Below are positions 12,698 through 24,890 of a stretch of DNA of 64,000 nt, piece after piece. The DNA comes from Octopus sinensis (lineage: Eukaryota): contig NC_043006.1 of NCBI RefSeq assembly GCF_006345805.1, positions 48,174,001-48,238,000 on the forward strand, given 5' to 3'. Under the pieces are notes generated by a model that was given only the letters and a program-made list of their open reading frames with translations, was not told where the DNA came from and did not search any database. The first letter of the stretch is position 1. Every line of letters starts with the position of its first letter. The translations under genes were made by a program, and so were the position numbers.

Positions 12698-14264
12698 AAC
12701 AATATCAACAGCGTTATTTATATACATGTACTACAGCATTATAAACCTCCAAAACAATTGCATTCTCAGCAGCAACAATAAAAAGTGTAATTTACTTCAA
12801 CAACAATGTATAGAATTAAAAAACAATCGCATGCACTCACTCTCTCACTCTCTCCGTCTCTCCCTCACACACACATGCATGCACATATACGAACACATAT
12901 GCATGAAAGCTAATTTTTTCTGCATGTACAGCATACTACAATACAGACGTTGACAATATTAAAAGAAAGTAACAGCAACGAAATAACGAAAAACGAGTAT
13001 AGCAGGAAAACGTGCAATGACATCAAGTACAACTGTGTTAACTACAATCGGAGAAGCAACAAAGACACATTCATTTATAATAACATTTTCTAACAAAAGC
13101 GCAAGGCCAGAAATTTAGATGGACGAGTGTGTTCGATTTTATCGACCCTAGTACTTTATTTCATTCGTTCCCAGCTGAAGAGAATAGGAAGCCGGACTTG
13201 GTTGAATATTGAACATGAAATGTAACAATCTGAAGCAAATACTGAAGGCTTCTAGTGATTTGGTCAATCATCAGTCCTGAGGCATACAGTTCAAGTAATT
13301 ATACACAAAAAGCAGCTGGATATCTGTAATATATCTGTGTCATTAATGTTGCTTTTGTTATTGTTGTGGCCGTTACCCTTGTTGTTGTTCTTCTTCTTGT
13401 TCTTGTTTACTTCCTTTTACTTGTTTCAATCATTTGACTGCAGCCATGCTGGAGCACTGCCTTTTAGTCGAGCAAATCGACCCCGGGATAATAGCTGTTT
13501 CACATAACACCACAAGTGAACAATACTCGTATATTTCCCAAGTGTGTAAAGAGCTGTTTCGTCAATCTGCGCACTTCTCGGACACTCCGGCTTGATATTA
13601 CTTCCGTGACCGTAAAGTTTATCTCGACCTGGCAGAGCTTCTCGCTAGCACAGTGAAGCCAGAGATTTCTAGAAGTTATGCATGGTATTACCGGACCTGA
13701 AATTCCTCCGTGACAGATCAGCTAGTTCATCCTGGTGGGAACCCAGAGTTTCTCCTTATAAGGTCAACGTACTTACCTAGTACTACATTTCGACCGAAGG
13801 AGTTCCACGGACATATATTAAGGCCTGAAATTTGTGGGGAGGGGGCAGTCGGTTAGGTCGACCCCAGTACGCAACTGGTACTTAATTTCACCCGGCATCC
13901 TAACGATTCTGCCAACTCGCCGTCCTTCCATGAAAATATATATTACTACCGTAAAACTTACTCCGATTGTAAGTTCCTAACTGGCTGAGGGCAGCGAGCA
14001 CCTGACGATATTCCAAATGTAAAACAACAACAAAAATACTAATAAGGAATTCTCGAATTGCATTAACAAAAAATGTATATCAACAATAACAAAAACCGGG
14101 ATAACAAGTAGAGTTAACAACAGTAACAAAAACAACAAAAACAACACCAAAAAGAAAAAGGCAACGATAATAACAAGCGCTTAAAACAATAAAAACACAA
14201 TAACAATTATAGCAAAATTGTTTCTATCAAGAATCAAGGCATATTTAACAATAACAAAAATATA

Positions 14265-14543
14265 GTTCTATATTTAAGAGATGCGGAATTATGTACATTA
14301 TTTACATTTGGTGGATATTTGTCCTCATCTTGTATGTTGTTAACACATTTCGGCTGATATAACCTCCAGCCTTCATGAGGTGTCTTCGAGAATATTCGAA
14401 CTTAGATTCTCAGTCCTAAGGTATTATTCCGATGTTATTATTATGATTATTATTATTATTATTGTTATTATTATTCAGGTCACTGCCTGGAATCGAACTC
14501 GGAATCATGGGGTTAGTAGCCCGCGCTCTTAACCACTACGCCA
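14265..14543 (-). mobile_element. SINE family H: tRNA head, (AAT)n, hammerhead-like motif, tail
   Basis: Head 14477-14543 (tggcgtagtggtt A-box; gagttcgattcc B-box). Hammerhead-like region 14341-14384 reads gacac CTCATGA a GGCTG..CAGCC GAAA. Homologous to 21163 and 34053. Confidence 0.85.
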
Positions 14544-14546
14544 TTT

Positions 14547-14620
14547 GAGTACATCAGTCGAAACGTTATGTTAACAACAAACAAGATGAAGACTTTGTCG
14601 AATGTAACTAATGTAAATAA
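14547..14620 (+). repeat. Inverted 5'-truncated copy of the family H 3' end
   Basis: tcagtcgaaacgttatgttaacaacaaacaagatgaagac is the reverse complement of the tail at about 14300-14360. Confidence 0.85.
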
Positions 14621-14643
14621 CAAAAATATCTGCAGTAATTATA

Positions 14644-15065
14644 GGCGCAGGAGTGGCTGTGTAGTAAGTAGCTTGCTTATCAACGACATGGTTCCAGGTT
14701 CGGTCCCACGATGCGGCATGTTGGTCAAGTGTCTTCTACGATTGCCTTGAGCCGACCAAAGCCTTGTGAGTGGATTTGGAAGACGGGAACAGAAAGAAGC
14801 CTGTCGTATATACATGTGTGTGTGTGCTTGTGTGTCTGTGTTAGTCCTCTCCCCCACCATTGCTCGACAACCGATGTTGGTGTGTTTACGTCCTTGTAAC
14901 TTAGCGGTACCCCGTAACCTAGCGGTTCGACAAAGGAGACCGATAGAATAAGTACTAAACTTAAAAGGAATAAGTCCTGGGGTCGAGTTGTCCGACTAAA
15001 TGCGGTGCTCCAGAATGGCTGCAGTCATATGACTGCAACAAATAAAAGAATGAAAGAATAAAAGA
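14644..15065 (+). mobile_element. SINE family A
   Basis: Full-length homology to 6809-7224. Confidence 0.9.
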
Positions 15066-15361
15066 ATATAACAATAATAATAGAGAAAAAATAACAAAAA
15101 ATAATAATAATGGAAAATAACAGAGCAACGTGAATAATAGCGAGAAATAATAGGAATATTAAACAACATATCTAAAAACATCAAAGGAATCAATAACCGG
15201 AACAAGAACATCTAAAATGGCAACAGAAGAGTCACATGCTGAGGGAAGCTAAAGCTTGTTGTTCCATAACCGATGAGATACAACAGCAAAATGCGCCCTC
15301 AAATCACATCTTAATGTCTGACAAAAGCTCGTCTTCAGTTCTTTCTATGCGAGAGAGAAAT

Positions 15362-15393
<32 letters not shown>

Positions 15394-15489
15394 CTCACAA
15401 GTGGAATGCCTTTCTTCATTTATCAGTTCGATCAACATTGATCAGGGGGCGAAACTCCTGTAACAACCAACAAAAGGCACAGTATATCT

Positions 15490-15545
15490 GTATGTCTCTA
15501 TCTATCTATCTATCAATCTATCTATCTATCTATTATCTATCTATC

Positions 15546-15608
<63 letters not shown>

Positions 15609-15727
15609 TATCTGTCTATCTATCTACCAATATGTCTATCTATCTACCTATCTATTAAACAATCTAGCTATCTACTCACCTATCTACCTGTCAATCTATC
15701 GATGTCTATCTATCTATCTATCTATCA

Positions 15728-15759
<32 letters not shown>

Positions 15760-15845
15760 GTCTGCCTGCCTTTCTGTCTGTCTATCAATCTATCTTTCTA
15801 TCTGTCTGTCTATCTATCTTTCTATCTATTTCTCGATCGATCTAT
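15490..15845. repeat. (TATC)n/(TA)n/(TCTG)n compound microsatellite
   Basis: Read directly from the sequence. Confidence 0.93.
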
Positions 15846-15984
15846 ATGCATATGTGTAAGCAGAAACACCCGGCATTAAACGCATTAAAGAAAATAATGA
15901 AGTTTAAAAATACCTTTTAGATCTTTAATATGAAAAATAGACTTAGCAGATCTTGCCGCCTATTAGCTGAGATACCAACTTTAT

Positions 15985-16910
15985 ACGCTAATAACCCGAC
16001 GTTTCCCAGGTTACTGAAAATAATGAAATGTAAGGATGCCTTTTAAATTATGCAGTTCTCAACAGTAATTAACTGCGGTACAAATTCTTAATGCCAATAA
16101 CATTGTTAAAAACCAAAGTAGTTCTTTGTCTTTGCAATCACCTTCAATTGTCAGTACTTCTTTGAAACACGTGAAATCTGAAAATGCATAAATTTGAGAA
16201 GAACCGACCTACGGGTGTTCTTCTCCTGTTAGTAAGTACATTTAACAAAAATTCTATCGGATAACGTGAGTACAAACAAATGTAATAAAACGAATCTGGA
16301 AATCGATTACATTTTAACTATCTAGAGCTTCTAAATATACAATGTTTTGAGTGCGTCCTTTAATTGGTGTATAAATGAAACGATTTTGGGGACTTTCAAC
16401 TCACGAACATCCTACATATAATTGCCCATGATAAAAGCAAGGTGAAGTCCAACAACTTTGAGAGACTATCCTTGAAACTTGTTTATTGACAGCGAAGCTT
16501 AGCTTCACTAGGAACTGGAACCGTTTAAATTCACAGGGGAGGCCATATGGGATTAACGGGATCCTTAGAATGAAGACATCCTCACCCTTATAGTTCCCAG
16601 TCATAACTGTTGCCTCTAGGACATGGGGTCGCATCGCTTTTACCATCAGTCTGGTGCCATTGCAGAGATGAGATGGATCGAGATTCCTGAGCAGCATGAT
16701 TGGGGTTCCCTTTTTAAGTGTTAAGTGGTGAGGTAGCATCCCAGATGGCTGTAGAGAGTTCAGGAACTCAGTTGGAAAAACTACAGCCTAATCCTAATCA
16801 ATGACAGTGTCGAGGGTTTTGAAAGACTTTTCTTGTCCTGGCAACAGCTGCAAGAAATTCTTAATTTAATTGACAGCATTATTACCTGGAGCTAAGATGG
16901 CTTGCCCACG
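15985..16910 (-). mobile_element. Helitron relic: PIF1-type helicase C-terminal fragment plus putative 3' end
   Basis: GQAILAPGNNAVN...EFLNSLQPSGMLPHHLTLKKGTPIMLLRNLDPSHLCNGTRL...RIPLIP...FKRFQFLVKLSFA, with stops and frameshifts. Degenerate hairpin cctgggaaacgtcggg at 15995-16010 (minus strand). The helicase call is strong; the terminus is weaker. Confidence 0.85.
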
Positions 16911-17164
16911 GACTGTTGCTGAAGTTTTGTGCGGTGTTTAGGAGCACATGCATTATGAGATCAATGACAGTTCGTGCCATCTTATCACAGGCTTTTTCCC
17001 CCGCGCCCACCGACTTTGGATGAATTTAGCTTTCAGAAAAATGGACATCGATAATTTCATTAATAAACATCTATTTCTCTGAAAGTTATGACCGTCAAAA
17101 GTCGGGTAGAAATCTGTAATTATGCCGTGTTGACAACTGATCAATTAAATGAAATATCCGTAAG

Positions 17165-17211
<47 letters not shown>

Positions 17212-17290
17212 ACACACACACATACGCGCGCGCGCGCTCACATAGGTATATATCTTACAAAAATAGAAAGCCGGAGAAGAATATAAAAAA

Positions 17291-17407
17291 TGAAAGTAAC
17301 TTCAGAAATTATATTTTATCTGAAATCGTCCCAACTGTAATGATGTATACATACGTGTGTCTGAGTGTGTGTGTGTGTGTGTATGTGTGTGTGTGTGTGC
17401 GTGTGTA

Positions 17408-17472
<65 letters not shown>

Positions 17473-17803
17473 AGGTGGTTATTTAGTTACTATGTTGATA
17501 TTGACAAAACAGCTAAGTAAAAGTGTTAATAAGACGATTTGCGCCAAGAATAATCACATAGAATTTAAATGTGAAATATCAAGTCATAATAAAGCAACTT
17601 ATTCCAAAAATGTCCGAAATGTGAATTATTGAAAAATCAATGTACAATATACAGTACTTCATTTAACTAATTGAGAAAAAGGCGTCTATCTCCGTATGGA
17701 ATTTTTTTTTTCTGATATGAAAGTACCTTTAGAAATTCTTGTATATCAGAAATCGTCACAACTGTAATGATGTATGCATGCATGTGTGTGTAAATAGCTG
17801 GTT
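17291..17803 (+). repeat. Diverged local duplication (17291-17480 and 17718-17803) differing in (TG)n length
   Basis: Shared tgaaagta..agaaatt..gaaatcgtc.caactgtaatgatgtat..tgtgtaaatag.tggtt. Confidence 0.85.
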
Positions 17804-17883
17804 GGGACGCCAAAAACAGGAATTTGAGAAAACGATCTTTATATCAAATATACAACAATAGTATTAATTTTTTATAAAAAATA

Positions 17884-17928
<45 letters not shown>

Positions 17929-18112
17929 CCAAGACCGTATTATTCTTTCCAAGGTCAAATTACTCATGTACCCCAAGTATGGTACAGAATGATCCAGAGG
18001 TTTGAGCGTACATTAAGGGGACACGCGCAGGCGCGCGCAGAGGGTTTTATATATATATATATTATATATATATATATTAATATATATATATATATATAAT
18101 ATATATATATAC

Positions 18113-18275
18113 AAAAAAACAAAAAACGAAGACAGGTGAGTAAACAAACAAGTGTATTAGTTTAATGCTCGGGAAGGTGAGAAAGTCTTTTACGTTTCGA
18201 GTCTACGCTCTTCAACTGAAAGAACACGAGAAAATAAACAGAGAGACAATAAAAAAGCTTTAGTGGCTAGCGGTC

Positions 18276-18280
<5 letters not shown>
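18113..18280 (-). mobile_element. Probable Penelope-like terminal fragment with hammerhead-like motif (family 2) between (TA)n tracts
   Basis: Minus-strand 18186-18223: tcttt CAGTTGA a GAGC gtag ACTC GAAA CG TA aaaga. Homologous to 50160-50335. Confidence 0.6.
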
Positions 18281-18308
<28 letters not shown>

Positions 18309-18314
18309 ATATAT

Positions 18315-18349
<35 letters not shown>

Positions 18350-18360
18350 GAGAGAGAGAG

Positions 18361-18434
<74 letters not shown>

Positions 18435-18438
18435 GTAC

Positions 18439-18470
<32 letters not shown>
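18280..18470. repeat. (TA)n/(GA)n/(GATA)n compound microsatellite
   Basis: Read directly from the sequence. Confidence 0.93.
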
Positions 18471-18474
18471 CAAA

Positions 18475-19307
18475 TGCAACATAATCCATCTACTAATACC
18501 TTAGCCACCATTTTTACTACACCTGTCCCACTTACCTCTACCACTAAAACCAATACAGTTTCCACCACAACCAATACCAACATCGTCATCACCACCATCA
18601 CCATCACTGCCGTCACCACCACTACCACCACCACTTCCATCACCACCGCGACAAACAACACCACTTCCACCAACAACAACAACAACACCATTACCACCCT
18701 TGTACTATCACTATAGTTGCATGAGCAACACTACCACCACCATCATCACCGTTCTTACCATCACCGCCACCATAACACTAACCTTACAATTACACCACCA
18801 CCACCAGCACCACCACTACAAACGTCATAAAAGCCCACTTTCGCCGCCACCATATCATCACACCACCACTATGACTGCAGCCGTTACAAAAGCGAAAGAA
18901 AACCGGTATTTAGGAACAGAATGTTTGTTTTGGAATATTATTTCCGGAATAGCAAGGGAGTACTCATTAACCTTGGATTGTGGGGTGGGGTGGGGTGGGG
19001 TGGGGTGGTCGCAGAGGTTGTAGTTGTAGGGTGTAGTGGTGAGAGTCATGTCGCTCCTGCTGCCGCTGCTGTTGTTGTTGGCAGTGGCAGTGAAGGGATT
19101 GTTGGATTTTGTCGATGATAATGACGACGACGAAGACGACGGCGATGACGATGATGACGATTATGATGATGATGATGATGATTATGATGGTGATGATGAT
19201 GAAGACGATGATGATGATGATGATGATTATGATGATGATGATGATGATGAGGGGGAGGAGGAGGAGGAGGAGGATTTCGACGACAACGATAATGACAGTT
19301 ACGATGG

Positions 19308-19345
<38 letters not shown>

Positions 19346-19520
19346 GCGGTGATGATGATGATTAAGATGATGAAAGAGATGGTGATGATGACGATGACGA
19401 TGATGACGATGACGACCATGTTGATGATGATGGTGATGATGATGATGATGATGATGATGGTGACAATGATGATGAACAATGCTCCTGGTGTAGGAGGTAG
19501 TGGATGGCGATGGGGGTGAT
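18475..19520. repeat. (CAC)n-rich then (GAT)n/(GAG)n low-complexity block
   Basis: Read directly; source of the poly-T, poly-D and poly-I ORFs. Confidence 0.88.
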
Positions 19521-20094
19521 ATTGAGGTGGAGACGGTGGAGTGGAAGTAGAAAAGAGTGGGAATGATAGAAGTGGGTGGAAGCGGCGGTGGTCGCGGTTG
19601 TTTGTGATGCTAATGGCACTAGTGGGGCAGATAAGAAAAACACTTGGGGCAGTGCAGGTAGTGGGGTACCCTTCGTGTTGTATTTGATGAAGAAGATTCT
19701 GCTGCTATTCTTAGTAAGTCGCGCGACCATATACAGGTTCATGTTTGGTGTGGAGATCTCCCTGTTGGTAGTCATGTTGGTTTTGTGGGTTGTAATGATG
19801 AAGGTGAATGTTGGCGAAGCTAGACGTAGTTGGGTTTTGCTGAACTTTTTGTTATTGCTGGAGGTGGTTTTGGCAATTTAATTTGTAGGTGGTATGTGCT
19901 ATGGGAGTTAGGAAAGAGTTGGAGAGAGAGAGAGAGAGGGGGGGGGAGAGAGAAAGAGAGAGAGGGGGGAGAGAGAAAGAGAGAGAGTCAGAGAGAGAGA
20001 GATAAATGCTAGGAAAGACAGGAGGACTGAGAGAGCGGGAGAAAGGAAGTCAGAAAATAAATGAAAAAATAAGTCTAAGAGCAAATATTATGGC

Positions 20095-20258
20095 AGTTAG
20101 ATAGGCAGACAGATAGACAGACAGACAGACAGATAGTTAGATAGACTGACAGACAGACTGACAGACATGGAGACAGACAGACAGACAGACAGACAGACAG
20201 GCAGGCAGGCAGACAGACAGACAGACAGACAGACAGATATATATATATATATATATAT

Positions 20259-20335
<77 letters not shown>

Positions 20336-20365
20336 GACACAGAGACACAGAGACAGACTGACAGA
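20095..20365. repeat. (GACA)n/(TA)n/(GATA)n compound microsatellite
   Basis: Read directly from the sequence. Confidence 0.93.
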
Positions 20366-20496
20366 GGCATTTGAGAGATAGAAGAACAGAGACAAAGATT
20401 ATGAAAGTAAATAGACCTGATATACATAGAAATATACTTGCGTATTTAGATATGCGTGCACGTATGTAATCATCTACGGGTGTATACATATACAGA

Positions 20497-20539
<43 letters not shown>

Positions 20540-21162
20540 CGCTTATGCGTGTGTATTTCAAAAGTGAGCAAAGAAGGTTCAATCAAACAGGAAAAGCAAG
20601 CACGTGGACATAACTGTACATATCTGCTGTTGACTGACGGTCTAAATTATTCTAGTAATTTAGCAAAAGCATTGCTCGCTTCAGAGTGACAGAAGATTTA
20701 TAATAATGTTGGAGATAATGGTATAGTTGGGACAGGACAACACAAGCGGAATGGGATACAGAGATGTAGACAAGTATATAAAAATAAACGAAAATTACGA
20801 GAAAGAATTAGATGCGACAAATGCTTAAGGCTTTTAATCCCACAATAGGAAATATTAAATCAAGGGTTCTAAGCCTATATAAAAAAAGAATAAGGGAAAC
20901 ATGAGCAAAGAGACGAAGATAAGGAAATACAGAAATGGGTAAAACGGGAACTTGCAAATCTTGAAAATTGTGCCTACAGGGTAAGTTAAGAGAAGTATAA
21001 ATATATATTGTGAGATAGACTGACATGAAGTTTGGCAAGAACAATTTCATTTCATCAAAGCAATCTATAAGGTCATTGCGAATGCAAAACATCCATTTAT
21101 AGTGTGTTAAATAACTACGATTTACTTTGCTGAGCATCGTATTTCGGTAAAATAAACTCGTC

Positions 21163-21426
21163 ATGAGGAATCATGTGCATAATTTATATTATTTACATTC
21201 GACGGATATCTGTCCTCATCTTGTTTGTTGTTACCATAACGTTTTGGCTGATATACGCTCCAGGCTTCTTCATGGGGAAATTTTGAACCTGGGTTCTCAT
21301 TCCTAAGGTATTTTTCGATGTTATTATTATTGTTATTATCATTATCATAACTGCTGTTGCTGAGGTCACTGCTTGGAATCGAACTCGGAATCTTGGTGTT
21401 AGTAGCACGCCCTCTTAACTACTACG
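21163..21426 (-). mobile_element. SINE family H copy
   Basis: tRNA-like head at 21363-21426, (AAT)-like spacer, hammerhead region partly deleted, same tail as 14265. Confidence 0.85.
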
Positions 21427-21513
21427 TGGGCAATAATGAAGTGAATTTTAAGGTCTATAAATCTAATATTTTGCTATCCTTCCTTAATACTGGTTCCTAT
21501 ATGATACTCATAT

Positions 21514-21518
<5 letters not shown>

Positions 21519-21577
<59 letters not shown>

Positions 21578-21748
21578 TAATAATAATAACATCGAAAACT
21601 CCCTTAGGAATGAGAACCCAGGTTCGAAATTTCCCCAAGACACCTAAAAAAGGCTGGAGGGTATATCAGGCGAAACGTTGTGTTAACGACAAAGAAGATG
21701 AGGACAAATATCCGTCGAATGTAAATAATGTAAATAATGTAAATAATG
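21519..21748 (+). mobile_element. Headless family H copy, inverted relative to 21163-21426
   Basis: (AAT)n, then ccttaggaatgagaacccaggttcgaaatttccccaagacac CTAAAAA a GGCTG gagggtatat CAGGC GAAACGTT gtgtt, then tail (TAAATAATG)3. Confidence 0.85.
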
Positions 21749-22437
21749 CCGTCAGCCGATAACTAGAATGCTGATTAACAACAGTTTCCTCGTTTAGCCA
21801 CACATTGATTGTTTATATTACGAATGTTTGGTATATAAAACACCCAGGAAGGGATACGCACACACACACAAATCGATAGAATAAGAAAAATGTACTCAAA
21901 TTTATTATGTGTATTTATTAATAATTATGACATCTGAAACTGTCAAATCATTACATGAGAATAATTTTGAGAGGAAGAAGCCTGTCGTTGCTTATTGGAA
22001 ATCATGATATAGAGGGTGTTTTTGAAGGATGAAAGTAATATTAGGATAGACTTAAACGCTCTCAGTATAAAATTTGTAAAACATAATCAAAATCCGAGAG
22101 AGCGAAAGAAGAAGACCTGAAGAAAATGAGAGGCTAGAATATATATCAAACCTATTACCAAAGGTAAGTGTTAAGAAAGCATGAAGGAGCACAAATGTAT
22201 TGGGTTTTAACTAAAGGAGTAAACTATAAAAATGCACAAGTCCACCTAAAACTGTACCCACCTATAAAAAAAATCAAGCAGTATCTTAGAATGCTTGTAT
22301 GGTCAACATGCCCAGAATTAATATTATACTTACATAGGCAAGACAAGGGAGAAAAGTGAACCGTTTAATGTGAATGCAAAAATAGAGTATCTGTTGCAAA
22401 ATAATAAAATGAAACGAGGAAAATTACACCAAATCTC

Positions 22438-22512
<75 letters not shown>

Positions 22513-23711
22513 TTTTATAGTTAAAAATATGCCTTGAAACCAGGGTTCTGCTTTCGATACCTCTTTGAGGCTCATTAAGTTTTATGCAAATGTTTCCCAA
22601 ATTCTGATAGTTCTTGTATCACTAAGTCTCCTAGTAGCACATAAACTGTACGAAACTCGCCGCACACACACAAAGACACACACACGTTCACACACACACA
22701 TATTTAGATATAATGTCGTGCATATGTGTACATAGATGGGTTGTAGATATCGACATCAAACAAAATACATTGTGGTAATTACACGACGGAGGTAGGTTTC
22801 GAATTTGCATTCGGCATTTACTGATCCGTAAATCAGTTAAGAAAATGTAAAGCTGACTTCGGTCAAATTTGAACTCTCAATGCTGATTTGAACCCTAATC
22901 GAATACTGCACAATATTCTATCTGATGCTCGAACAACTCACTTACTACGCCGCCCCTGTTGCATTTAGATACATGCACATGTCTACAATGTTTGTGCGCA
23001 TAAAAGTATGTGTGCGTATATGCATATGTTCAAGATATATTTAGATATATCTAAAGGTATTTCACAGATTTACTAAGAATCATACATGTTGTTAAAAACA
23101 CACAGCATTCAGACATGTGTACACCAAAATATAGAATTCACTCGTTACTTTCGCTGATAAAATCGCATATAATCATACTTAAAGTGACACAAGATACCCT
23201 ATTTTCTCTAGAACTACATGTAACACTTCAAACAAGATAAAAGCAAGCATTCAGCTTTGTTACCACCCTCACTGAAACCAACCCATTCAATTGTGTAAGA
23301 CCCTGCGTGTCTGAATTCGGCCTCCTTGCAATATCGTTACCATATCTCTAAGATCTCGACGAGGACGTTAGAGAATCTTACGTAATCAAACTGGCGCCAT
23401 CTGGTAAAATACACTTCTAATTATCGACTGTGCATTAACACTAACACAGATCGGTGTCAATTACATTCCACACTATTTAGACACTTAATACGCGTATTTT
23501 GCGCACCTACGCCGAAGCTGTTTACGCTTCTTAGTAGCTCCCTTTTTACCCCTGTAATATCATTACTTTTTGTGTGTGTATATATATATGTATAAATGTA
23601 TGTGTGCATGTGTGTATGTATGTATGTATGTGTGTGTATGTTTGCATGTGTATGTATATACATCATTGTACGTGCGTGTGCATATCTATGTTAAATGTAT
23701 TGAGAGATAGA

Positions 23712-24540
23712 TTAGAGATAGAATAGAATTTATTGCACAAACTCTCCATTGTCCCCATATCAGCCATGTTGAAAACATAAAACAGAAATAGCTACTGCAG
23801 TCTGGATATGATGTCATACTTGAAGCACTATACTTTAAACATCCCGAGTTGCTGATTTTTGCTATCTCCACTGAATCAGTTGATTATTTCGTCTTAGTGT
23901 CCTTCGTGATGCTATTGCCTTTTAGAATACATCCAAAATTCTTCCCAAGGCATCGGAGAATATTTCTTTGAATTTTTGGAATCTCAGATTCCTTAAAGCT
24001 GAAGACGTTGTTTGTCAGACCCCACCTTACAATACTCAAGTTCCAAGACTGTCCTCTATAAAACGTTATATACGACCATGCAGCTGATTTTGCCGTGAGC
24101 TTAGACTCCGTTTCGTTCCTTGGATTAACTATCACTTCCCTCATTAAAACTATGCAGACTGGATGCTTTCTATTACCATTGATTACTAGTCTTCTAGTGG
24201 TGGATTCATGGCAGCCACTAAAATCACCACGGTTATGGGGCACCAAACCCCAAAGCCTTTTTCAGGTGTCGGTTATGTAGTAGTGAAATTTACCACAATG
24301 AACGTCATCTGAAATAAATCTGTGTGCGACACCATAACTTCACTATCCCTACTGCTGATACTCGGCACTATTCTAGTGGCGCTATGACTCAACTTTTGGA
24401 GCACATTCAGGTAGTTTTTGAGGACATTTAACCAATTGCTGAAAATCTATTATTGTTCCTGTTTGCCTTCTTAATAGTATGACAGATTACTGATTTATGT
24501 TCAAGGCAGCCAAAGTAATTTGAGACTGAGTATTGGGACA
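23712..24540 (-). mobile_element. Decayed CR1-type LINE 3' portion
   Basis: Minus-strand remnants LSHSATRIVPSI, GLVPHNRG, NNVFSFK, RILDVF. Ends in aataaa followed by attctattcta, a CR1-like tail. Confidence 0.5.
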
Positions 24541-24576
24541 CACCTGTCAATGTACTCATCGGTGAGTACATTGGAC

Positions 24577-24890
24577 AGAGGTCTATATCAGCATTTATAT
24601 GTCTCTTCTCAAGTTCACTTGCTCTCCGCTCATCACACATCATAATTACGAACACCATTCTTGCTAACATTTTACCCTCCTCACATATTTTGCTTCAATT
24701 TGCAATATAGGTTTCGTATGATATTAATTCAGATTTAAAGCAATATTTGCCATCATTGCATAGAAAATATAACCTGCCTATCTTTTATATTTTACTTGTC
24801 TCAATAAGTTAGGCGGTTGCCATGCTGGGGCATCGCCGTGAGGGTTTAATCGACAAATCGACTTCAGTTCTTGATTCTTTTTATATCTGG
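24577..24890 (+). repeat. Paralogue of 27379-27529 plus 28364-28533, with an empty piggyBac site (TTAA 24724-24727)
   Basis: gtttcgtatgatatTTAAttcagatttaaag is contiguous here but split by the 834-bp element at 27530-28363. Confidence 0.9.

Noticed and set aside
14477-14543. tRNA gene
   Set aside because: A- and B-boxes are present but the acceptor stem is incomplete and the head is fused to a repeat body. All such heads here are SINE heads.
18982-19007. (GGGGT)n G-quadruplex as a functional element
   Set aside because: It can form a G4 in principle, but it sits in a low-complexity block with no other support.
18470-19881. Long poly-T, poly-D and poly-I ORFs (up to 170 aa)
   Set aside because: Translations of (CAC)n and (GAT)n microsatellites.
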